In this document: in pieces, positions 26,647-37,420 of the stretch | Layout of the letters: each line of letters begins with the position of its first letter | How positions within the stretch are numbered: the stretch's first letter is position 1 | Made by a program: the position numbers and the translations under genes | Source of the DNA: Eledone cirrhosa | Lineage: Eukaryota | DNA: 53,343 nt | Reading direction: 5' to 3' | Assembly (NCBI GenBank): GCA_964016885.1 | Contig: CAXHJY010000642.1 | Span: 1-53,343, forward strand | Notes under the pieces: generated by a model | Told to the model about the DNA's origin: nothing | Database searches by the model: none | What the model saw: only the letters and a program-made list of their open reading frames with translations

Positions 26647-28962
26647 ATCATCATCATCACCGTTTAACGTCTATTTTGCCAAGCTAACATGGGTTAGACG
26701 AGTTGTTCTATTGTGAGACAAGCCAGATCAGATGACTGTGTCTTGCTCATACAGATCCATTTCCCTGTTGGGTTTCTACAGCTGGATGCCCTTCCTAATG
26801 TCAACCATATTTAGTGCTGAGTGGGTGCTTTTTATAGTGACACCTACACAACCACTTTATAGTGTAGACTGGGCGCTTTTTGTTGTTGCACCAAAACAAC
26901 TTTACAGTGTTGACTGGGGGCTGGGGTGGTGGACGTACATGGGATTGGTGAGGTAGATCTAAGGTGGTGGTGTTAGGACATGGGTGGAGTGTTATGATGT
27001 GGGAGGAGGTATATGACAGAGGGAGTGGAAGGTAGTGAATGCAAGATGTATGCTTCAACATAATGCCAGAGATCTCAATCTTGTGTCATTGCCTTTGAGA
27101 GGTGAAATTATGTAGGTCAGCTTTTATCACCTCATCCCTAGGTCTTCCTACACCATAGCTTCCATCAACTTTGAGCGTCCTGCACCTTTTTATACAGCTG
27201 TCATCCTTTATATGCATCACATGTCCATACCACTGCAATCTTCTCTCCTGCACACTGCATCCGATCTCTCTTGTGCTTAGTTTCTCTCTCAGTTCATTTA
27301 TGCTTTGCCGTTCATGGATATTACTGTTACACATCCATTGGAGCATGCAAGCTTCAGTTCTTTCCAATAAACGTAGTCCCTCTGCACACAGTGCCCAAGC
27401 CTCACTGCCATGCAGCATTGCAGTTCATATACACACCTCATACAATCTGTCCTTCAATTTGAGGAAAAAGCCTTTTGTAGCTAGCAGCGGTAGTTGTTCC
27501 TTGAACTGTTTCCATCCCGTTCTTACACTGGATACTATACTTTCGGAACACCCACCTTCACTGCTAATTTGATTACCAGAAAGGATCAGGGCATTGCTTT
27601 CCTTTCTACTTACTAGGACTTTAGTCTTAGCCAAGTTGACTTTAAGACCTTTTGATTCCAAGTTATGCTTCCATGTCAGGAATTTTTTCTCTAGTTCCTC
27701 CATAGATTCAACTATGAGAGTTAGATCTCAGAATGCAGGAATTTCCAAGGGCATCCTGTTTTAAACCCTTATTATAGCCTGAAAGACAATAATAAACAGG
27801 AAAGGGCTAAAGATGGAGCTCTGGTTCATCTCAACTTGCATGCTAAACTCCTCACTATAGTCATTATTAATTTTAAACTTACTGACTGCACCTCTATACA
27901 TGGCTTATACATGCCCTCACAAGCCACTCATCTACCACTAGTTTCCTAAGTGCCCACCAGATTACAGAACGAGGGACCCTGTCAAAAGCCTTCTCGAGAT
28001 CAATAAATACCAAGTAGAGGAGTTTACTTTTAGTTAGGTACTTCTGCAGTTGCCTTTCAAGGAAGAGGGCATTCATGGTATTTTTACCTGGCACAAATCC
28101 AAACTGCATCTCATCCAGGTTAATTCTTTCTATAACTTTTATGACCTGGTCCATCAATTTGATGCTTTGGTCATTTCCAACATCTAGTGCATCACCTTTG
28201 CCCTTGTAGCAGTTGATGATGTTGCTGCTATGCCATTCATTGGGTATAGCACCTTAATTACCTCACTCACTACACAGCTGGTCCTTCTGTGGGTCCACTT
28301 GGGGCTGGCTTATCTTCCTCCCATGCATTCTGCTTATTCATCAGTCTCTCATAATGCTGGCCTCTTTTTGGCATCAGTGAGAGTAAGTGCACTATTGTCA
28401 TCTTGGACACACTTCTCGCCAACATCACAATTTTCCGACACACTGCCTCATGATTTTGATCACCTCACGTCTATGGTCCTCACATTGCATAACATGCATA
28501 AACTTATATTGACACCTCACCTCTCTCTTGGCCTTTTGGTAAAGTTCTGTTTCCCTCCTTTTGCCATTCTTTCCATGCCTGGCTCTCAGACTTAATTGTT
28601 TCCTCCACTCTACTATTCCACCACTAAGTCACTCTCCTACTCCCTGGATCTCTGCTCCAATCACAAACCTCATTTGTGGCCTTCAGGAGATTATCTCTCA
28701 GGAACTCTCACTGCTCCTCTATATTGTATGTCGCTATTTCTTCTTCCTTATTGTCAAAGGCATCAATTATGATACTCCTTCAACTTCCATATCTGTCTCC
28801 TCCAGGTTTGTCTAGCCCTAATTAACTAATCACTGACTACTAGGTTATGTTGGGAGGTGCATTCCTCACCAGGAAGGGATTTTGTGTTTACAACCATCAT
28901 TCTATCTAACCTTCTAGTGAGGATGAAATCTATTTGGCTGGTGTGCTCAGGTAGTTGTCTGG
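26647..28962 (-). mobile_element. decayed RTE LINE
   Basis: Fragments DEMQFGFVPG, DLEKAFDRVPR, MLHGSEAW; (GAT)n tail at 26647. Confidence 0.92.
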
Positions 28963-29746
28963 TTTTATATATATATATCATCATATATATATATATATAA
29001 AGAACTTCGTTAAAAACAGTGAAGAAGTTATATCAGCTCAAAATACGGTAATTTATTATAATAAACTGTACAAATGGCTACGTATCATATATATATATAT
29101 ATATATATATCATCATCATATAAGCATATATATATATGTGTGCCAAACATATATAGGTGTGATATTGTTTTGTAAATTTTGACATGTTGCACAAAATGTT
29201 GGAACATAAGATTTTACAAATGTTTTTTAGGATACCACCCAGTATCATGCCATCTCAGTGCCAGCCACTTTCTTTAGCATGTTACTCTCAACAATATTGT
29301 TAAATGTGGTTTGCACATAGCTGGGTCTGAAAAGAGGACAACACAATCCTTCCATTCTGAGACAGTAAGATCCTAATCTGAGGTGCAACCTGCAGCAATA
29401 ATTTCTTTACCTGCAATCTCGTTAAGTTAGTGTCAGATCCAAACTTCATTCATCAACAGGTTGAAGATCACAAGCTGTCAAATTAATGGCTGCTCTCTGT
29501 TAGATTTCTTGTCAAACCTACAGTGGTGGAACAAGGCATCCTGGGTATCTGAACAATCTCACCCTAATCACATTGATTAGAATGGAAACAATCACCTGAA
29601 TGAATGAGACCTGTGAGGTGACTTGCTCTTTCAGTACATCTCCCTCACTTTCTCCTGAGGTAACATTCATCATTTTGTCCACAAGGACCCATGAAACATT
29701 TGCATGAAACACTGTGATTTCCTTTGTTTCTCATAATAACCTTTCT

Positions 29747-30167
29747 AATAATAATAATGAAATTATTGTGTACAGTGCTCAGGTGCACTACAACTCGTCA
29801 AAGGTGTATGTATAGTACATAGAATAATATACAAATGTCAGGGAAGTGAATAGTGTATGAGTCATGATATACATTAGGTGTAGTGTTGGCGAATCTCGGG
29901 AAGCATGGAGGTTTTAAAGGATGCAGTGTCTTGACAGCTAACAACTGATGCAGGTAGTTTGTTCCATGCTTCAGCAACTCTGAGCGTGAAAAAATGTTTC
30001 CGAAAGTCATGGGAGCTGTGCTGTTTTCTGACTTTGTGGGCATGTCCACGTGTGTTAGACACATGGAAATCAAAAAAGTACTCAGGGTTGTTGTTGGCAA
30101 GATGGTTAATAATTTTGTGGGTGTTTACCAAGTCAGTTGCCAGGCGTCGGACCTTCAATGCATCCAT
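29747..30167 (-). mobile_element. CR1-type LINE 3' end
   Basis: NTRGHAHKV...FRKHFFTLRVAEAWNKLP; (ATT)n tail. Confidence 0.9.
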
Positions 30168-30967
30168 GTTGGAGACCTACATGTTAAATGCACCCAGTTC
30201 GCACTGTAAAGTGGTTGGTGTAGAAAACCTACCAAACAAAATGTGAGGACTTCTCAGCTGTGTGAAAGATATGACAACTTCCCTAGTGTTGGTACCACAA
30301 TAAAATATACTCAATAGAGAGCAGGATCCTATATTGGACTACCAGTCCACCTAGAGATAAATGGCTTGGCTTGAATACTGACTGGTGTGTGACAAAATAT
30401 CCAACCCTTGCTAGTAGGGAAAATGGACAATAAATGACAACAACGTAGTAGTAATGATTGTATTTAGAAAGTATAAATTTTAATCCCGCTATCCTAATAC
30501 TGATCAACCTGTTTTAAAGTGGGTGGTGTATCTGTTTTTCAATTAGGTTCACTGGATCAACTACAATACTATGTTTTGGGCTGAGTTGGAACTCCTGCAC
30601 CTTTCAGTCATCCAGCATATTAAAAGCCCAGTCACTATTCTGTATCATGTAAAACTATTTCTATGTAGTTAAAAAGTTTTCTTTGAAACCATATGGTTTC
30701 AGGTTTAATCCCACTGTGTAGCACATTGGACAAGTGTCTTCTACTATAATTCTGGGTCAACTAATGTCATATGAGCAAAATTTGGTAGACACTTACTGCA
30801 GAAGCCCATTGTGTGTGTAACTTAGTGGTTTGATAAAATAAATACTAGACATTAAAAAAAGTAAGTATTGGTGCTGATATGATTGACAAAAAGCCTGTGA
30901 AAGCGATGCTTCAGTATGGCCATAATGTAATAACTGAAACAAATAAAAGAATAAAGGGATTACTCAC

Positions 30968-31132
30968 TTATTATACCGTATAGCCATTTCTATTATGGTT
31001 TTACCATCCTCTGCTTTTCTCTTTTTCACTAAAGGTTCCTCTTCACATTTACGTTTCAATGCCAAATTATGTGACTTTTTCTGGCGTGTTTTCAATGTCT
31101 CTTCATAAAACTTGGAGAGATTCCAAATATCA
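30968..31132 (-). CDS. DUS2: DUS2 exon (linker to dsRBD)
   Basis: tttcag|DIWNLSKFYEETLKTRQKKSHNLALKRKCEEEPLVKKRKAEDGKTIIEMAIRYN(K)|gtgag; 165 nt, phases fit both neighbours. Confidence 0.9.
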
Positions 31133-31455
31133 CTGAAACATCCAAATAATAATTTTTGTCAAGTGTCTATGAAGTGGTTTAACTCTGCAAAATGTTTATT
31201 GATAGGAATGGTACCCAGCTATAGAAAACATGCCAAACATAGGGTCAAGAGGACTCTTCAGTTCTGCCAAAGACACAACCTGCCTAGTGCTGGCGCCATG
31301 ACAAAATGCACCCAGTGTACACTGTAGAATGTGAGAATATATGTAAGCAAGTTGTGAGCCCCCATCCAATCTGAGAGGTTAGTAGCTTTGATTAAGTACT
31401 GACTCACTCTGTGACGACCCATTCAACTCTTTCTAGGAGGAAAACAAACATTATA

Positions 31456-31700
31456 TCATCATCATCATTTTACGTCCGCTTTTCCCTGCTTGCAAGGGTG
31501 GGATGGGAACTGATTCTGGCTTGATTTCTACAGCTGGATGCCCTTCCTAACACCAACCTCATTTACAGTGAGTGCTGGGTGATTTTTTTGCCGTGGCGCC
31601 TACACTTTACAGTGGAATGATAGGGACCCCAGTCCCTATCATCTCATTTCTACAGCTGAGTAAACTGGAGCAATGTGAAATAAAGTGTCTTGCTGAAGGT
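31456..31700 (-). mobile_element. SINE with RTE-derived tail, 5'-truncated
   Basis: Near-identical to 50328-50575. Confidence 0.85.
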
Positions 31701-32678
31701 AATGATAATAATAAACCATAGCAATCTCTTTATAAAACTGTATAAGATTCTTGCCAACATTCTTGTCTGCAATTACTCCCTCTCTACACTGTGTTTTTCC
31801 TATCATATTCTCAGTCCAATCACTGTATCTCTCCTATCTTCTTTATGCCCCTTTTACCCACTCACCCTGGTTCTTTGTTGCATTGTAAGAACAAAGACAA
31901 CTTAAAGCAGAGAGGACTCTATGAAGAGGACAACGCAAACTCTCTAATGCTGGTGCCATGATAAAATGCACCTAGTACACTTAGTAAAATGATCTGTGAA
32001 TGAATAGACAATATAGGGTAGAGAGAACCTCTTAGTCCAATATCATCATCCACTAAGCTAGCAACTAATCAAATAAAACTTTTAGTTTTTATAGCTGCTG
32101 TATAGAAAAGGAAATATGTACATACAGTAAGTAATATATCATTGTAAATACCAAGTAATAATATTAGATAAATTCTCTAATTAGCTAAAGCATTAAAACT
32201 AACATAATAAACATTTTAAGAAGAGGTTAGCGTTGCAGGCACCATGACATGGGGTCCTTTTTTAGTAAAGATTTTATAGCCAGATGCCCATCCTAGCATC
32301 AATCTTTTAGTCACCACCTCATACGACATGCAGGGATACAGAGTACCTACTGTAAACATTAATACTAATAACTAAAGTATAAATCATACCGAAGCCTGAC
32401 TGGCTACTTACTCATCATTTTTAAGCCTTATCTATCAGCCAGGGGATGTAACCAAAGAATCATTGGCATATAAGCACCCAGAGATGGAAAATGTGAGCAG
32501 TATTGTATGTAGGGACTTATATGCCCAATTTGTTTGACAATTTTTATAGTAAAAAAAACCTACATTGAAGCAGCTTACTTTAAACTAACATACTTTAAAA
32601 AATTCAAGATTTGCTCAACACTTCTTGATTACTATAAATTCTTTATTAATTACAATAAAACCTTCCCACTGAACTTAC

Positions 32679-32800
32679 CTTATTTCCTGAAGTGACATTG
32701 CTCCAAGCATTTTGGGACCTTCTTCCATATCCATATCTTCATGCATCATTTGAAGCACACAGTATTTAGTATTAGCATAATGACTAGCATAGCGGATTGC
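32679..32800 (-). CDS. DUS2: DUS2 exon
   Basis: atctag|AIRYASHYANTKYCVLQMMHEDMDMEEGPKMLGAMSLQEI(S)|gtaag; 122 nt. Confidence 0.93.
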
Positions 32801-33949
32801 CTAGATGGTAAAGAAATTATTTAAAAGAGAAACTTCAGGAAGACTGGCTGTGAGGTTAAGAAGATAGGATACTGACATTTGTTATCAACACCACCATTAT
32901 TACTGCCACTGTCATCATCTTCACCACCATCATCACTATTTTTCCATGCATGTATGGATTGAATGGGTTCCATCCAACAAGAGCATCTTAACACTTATTG
33001 CATTCCTTTGCAAGGTTCAGCACCTTGAGATCCACTTCTGCCCGTGTCTTTTTTCAAATGTTCCTTTCACTAAAAATTCCTGACATTTCTGTACCCAACT
33101 GTCATTCATATGCATTACATGTCTATTTCAGTGCAGTCTTCTCTCTTGCACATAACATCCAATTCCTTTTATACCCAGTTTTTCTCTCAATTTAACTGTG
33201 TTTTGTCATTCCTGCACACTAACCTCACACATCCAATGCCCATTTTCTCTACCATGCAACATCACACTACATACACAGATATTATACAGTTTGTAATCAA
33301 GGATGTGTGTAATTTGGAACAGCATACATGATTCTTACCACAATAACACCTAAACATGCAGGCGCATCATCGTTTCATTACTATATTTCTAACTTAAATA
33401 TACACTTTATGTGCTTCAATTAAGTTCTGAAATGAACAATAATTTAGACTAGCTTCATAAAACAACTATCATTTTTTTTGTTTATTGATATGCAAATGTG
33501 CTCTTTGGAAAACATCAAAAGGTTCTTAAATAAATTTATTAAATAATTTTATGTTTGAAAACTACTCTAAATACAGGTAAATTTCATAAATTATAAAATT
33601 ATTTAAATTTTGATTGAATATCACCATAAATAATTAATTAGCTAATATTTAACTGGATATATAATAGAATTGTAATATAGAAGAATTGTGCACATTATTT
33701 GATTTTCAATTGAAATTGTATGTCTATAAAACAGGTGCATTATAAATTTATGTTTGAAGAAAACTACAAAATAAAATTCACACATATATAAATACGCACA
33801 ATAACAATTCATTAATCATGTCATTTACCTTACAAATAAATTAAAACAGGTAAATAAAAAAAAAAAATTGAAAACTAGGTAAATTTTTAATTTGAAAATA
33901 AAATATTTAAAATAATTTAACTACATATATACAAAAATTAAATCATGTT

Positions 33950-34710
33950 TCTTTCATGGAACGATGTAAAACACCCCTTTCTGCATAATTAAAGTGATTT
34001 CAACTGACCAGCCACTGGGAGTTTTGTTATTTTTATATTGGCATCAATCTTTTTCAATTTTGTGTAAATTGGATGAATTCAGAGGGATTTCCTCTTGTAG
34101 GCCTTCCTTCCAACATATTTTTTAGGTATACTCTGCCTTCAACTGCGTTGTTACATCTACTTAAAACTGTAGGTTACAATGATTTTGAGTACCTTGTGAT
34201 TTGGTATATAGTAAAAAAAAAGAAAGAAGCATTTACAATACTCATAGTTACTATATACCAAACCAGGTATCGCCACCACTTACTAATTAGTCTGCAAACT
34301 GGGTAATAACTCATCTGATTCATCAGATCAACACTACCTATAAAACTGTTATAATTTCAGTTTACAAAAGGTGTGCTATTTTCATCCACATGTGGTTTAG
34401 CACTAGTGGATAGAAAATTAATTTAATTCTTGTCCCTAGTAAATTTCCTTTCTGTCATTGGATAATATACGCTTTCTGTGATTTTACATTTTATTTATAC
34501 TCAACAATAGCACTTTTCCACAGCTATAAGTTTTTCAGAAGTGAAAAAACAGTCAAAATACAATATATGGATATGCTGATTTGGAATATTATCTCTCTTT
34601 CCCTTATAAAAAATAAATCTGCAGCAGTAGCCAGTATACAACTCAGAAATTTGCCAGACTTTGATTCAAACCCTAACAATGGCCAAAGCTGACCACAGGA
34701 CCACAAGAGA
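33950..34710 (-). pseudogene. piggyBac transposase remnant
   Basis: Frameshifted HILYFDCFFTS and NYNSFIGSVDLMNQMSYYPVCRLISKWWRYLVWYIVTMSIVNA; Cys-rich tail ending KGCFTSFHE. Confidence 0.85.
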
Positions 34711-35045
34711 TGAGCAAAGCTGAAATAGGTGGAGGAAGATTGTAGCCATCAGCTATGTAATCAAATAATGATGATTACTCACCTGACCAACTACCTATGC
34801 ACCATAAGTCTTCCAGCTGTCCAGAGTTATGCAACATTATCATTGATTTTATATCCACTTTTCTATGTTGGCATGAGTTGGACAGAATTATTTGAGAATG
34901 TTTTGCACCCAGATGTCCTTCTTAATGCCAACCCTTTTAGTCAGTGGTAAGAACCTCTCAGGAGAGCTAGGCAACAGAAAGTCTTCAGAGAAGAAACCCC
35001 ACTCAAGCAAGTGTTTTGTCCCTTAACTTCTTACAACATGCAGGG

Positions 35046-35049
<4 letters not shown>

Positions 35050-35087
<38 letters not shown>

Positions 35088-36160
35088 AATTATTGTGTAC
35101 AGTGCTCAGGTGCACTATAACTCATCAAAGGTGCATGTATAGTACATAGAATAATCTACAAATGTCAGGAAAGTGAACAGTGTATGAGTCATGATATACA
35201 TGTGTGCATGTGTATGGAGCGGGGATATCAGGTGTAGTGTTGGCGAATTTGAGGAAGCATCATCATCATCATTTTACGTCCGCTTTTCCCTGATTGCAAG
35301 GGTGGGACGGGTCTTATTCAGCACAGCATCTCTGCACTTGTACACGGTCCTTCGTCATCTCCACCGTGAGCTTCAGCGATCTGAAGTCTGTTCTCACCAC
35401 CTCCGCCCATGTTTTTCGTGGTCTACCTCTACGACATCTTCCTTCAACTGGCATTTCCTGGCACTTCTTCACCCATCGGTCATCCTCCATGCGCATCACA
35501 TGTCCATACCACCTCAGTCTCCTCTCCCGTACACTACATTCTATCCCTCTCAGACACGGTTTCCCTCGCAACACATTCATGCTGGGTTGTTCACGCATAT
35601 TGGCATTGCACATCCAATGGAGCATGCTTGCCTCATTTCTCTCCAGCCGTCGCATAACCTCTGCAGTTGCTGCCCATGTCTCACTACCATGCAGCATCGC
35701 GCTCCTCATACAGGCATCATATAACCGGCCTTTCATACGCAGGGAGAAACCATTCTTCATCAGCAGAGGAAGCAGCTCCCTAAACTTCTTCCAACCCGTC
35801 CTTATTCTAGATACTATGACCTCGGAACACCCTCCTCCCATGCATGGAGGTTTTAAAGGATGCAGTATCCCAGCAGCTAACAGCTGATACAGGTAGTTTG
35901 TTCCATGCTTCAGCAACTCTGAGCATGAAAAAATGTTTCCGAAAGTCATGGGAGCTGTGCTGTTTTCTGACTTTGTAGGCATGCCCATGTATGTTAGACA
36001 CATGGAATTCAAAAAGGGGCTCAGGATTGTTGTTGACAAGATGGTTAATCATTTTGTGGGTGTTTACCAAGTCAGTTGCCAGATGTCGGAGCTTCAATGT
36101 ATCCATGCCCAGGGAAGCAAGGCGTTCAGAGTATGGTAGATGCCTGATGGAGGGTATTCA
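35050..36160 (-). mobile_element. CR1-type LINE 3' end interrupted by an RTE fragment
   Basis: Same CR1 peptide and (ATT)n tail as 29747 and 37421. Confidence 0.9.
35261..35841 (-). mobile_element. RTE LINE 3' fragment (distinct subfamily, short 3' UTR)
   Basis: GGGCSEVIVSRIRTGWKKFRELLP...GRPRKTW; (GAT)n tail; GCAT duplicated at 35257-35260 and 35842-35845. Confidence 0.92.
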
Positions 36161-36184
36161 CTTCAAGACCAACAATAATATGAT

Positions 36185-36392
36185 TTCTAATTTAGGCACA
36201 AGGCCAATAAATTTTGATGGGAGGGGAAAGTTGATTATACTGGCTTTAGTAGTTTACGAGTACCTTATTTCATCAAAGGATTAAAGGCAAAGTTGATTTC
36301 AGCGGGATTTGAACTCAGAATATAAAGAGCTAGAACAAATACCATAAATCATTTATCCATCACTCTAAGAATTCTGCTAATTCACTACCCTT
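36185..36392 (-). mobile_element. tRNA-derived SINE, family 2
   Basis: TCTGAGTTCAAATCCCGC B box and shared tail GGCCTTGTGCCTAAA. Confidence 0.75.
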
Positions 36393-36432
36393 AACAGTAT
36401 TAGAATAGAACAAATAAGATATATTTTCTTAC

Positions 36433-36598
36433 ATATTTCACATATTCCCGTATAACTTCAGGCAGGGACAACATGCCATTCTTGTTAAAGATGGAAACAT
36501 TCCACTGAGCAGCTCGTGCTAACATAACCGAAGAAGCACCAGTATCATTCCAAAATTTTTCTATATCTTTATAACAGTTAATTTCTTTAGAGCCTCCA
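36433..36598 (-). CDS. DUS2: DUS2 exon
   Basis: ttccag|GGSKEINCYKDIEKFWNDTGASSVMLARAAQWNVSIFNKNGMLSLPEVIREYVKY|gtaag; 166 nt. Confidence 0.95.
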
Positions 36599-37239
36599 CT
36601 GGAAATATGAGAAAAAAAGTAAAAACAAAGAAAAACAATTATAATTTAGTATTAACTGTAATAACTTAGCAGACAATACTTTAAAATGTAATAGTGTTGT
36701 AGTTTGCTTGAGAATACTTTAAAATGTGTTTGTTAACCGTTTCTTTACTATATTTCTAATGCAAAAAACTGCCTGTGATTTTCAAATAATTTTGCAAATA
36801 ATAAAGAATTTGAAGGAACTCAGTAAAATTTTTTATGATTAATCTGGTGTTTGGAACATAACTTGACAAAGGTTCTTACATGAAATAAAATTGTTTATTT
36901 TATGAAATAAAATTGTTTATTTTATTTAATAATCTGTAAATATAATGGAATTTTTTTACAATATCCTTTAGAAAATTCAGTTTGGAATCTTCATTGAAAA
37001 TGTCATGTTTTTATCTTAATAATTTATAAACTTAGAGCAATTTTGGTATGATCATGTTAAAAAACTATCGAATCTCACTATTTGGCCAAGAGAGGGTAGT
37101 ATGAAAACAAATAGAGGTTAAGTGTCAAATACTAAGGGAAGTAATCATGTACGACCAGAAGGGGCAGAAGGAAAAAATGAGTTAATCAGTTAATTGTACT
37201 TTGTGTGGTGTGTTTTGACTAGTTTATAATAATTGTTTC

Positions 37240-37418
37240 TACTTTAGGCACAAGGCCAGCAATTCAATCAGTGAATTACTGGTACTTTATTTTATCGACC
37301 CCGTAAGGATGAAAGGCAAAGTCAACCTCGGCGGGATTTGAACTCAGATCGTAAAGGGACGTAACTATGCTGGAAAGAATGGCGTCCGACCCTCTACCGA
37401 TACTGCCAATCCACCGAT
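37240..37418 (-). mobile_element. tRNA-derived SINE, family 2
   Basis: GGTGGATTGGCAGTATCGGTAG...GAGTTCAAATCCCGCCGAGGTTGACTTTGCCTTTCATCC; further copies near 1070-1240, 2560-2690, 10235-10450, 46655-46820, 48177-48390. Confidence 0.8.
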
Positions 37419-37420
37419 TG

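Noticed and set aside
35314-36039. 241-aa ORF as a second functional chimera
   Set aside because: The N-terminal part is an off-frame reading of CR1 joined to a short RTE C-terminal fragment; there is no complete domain.
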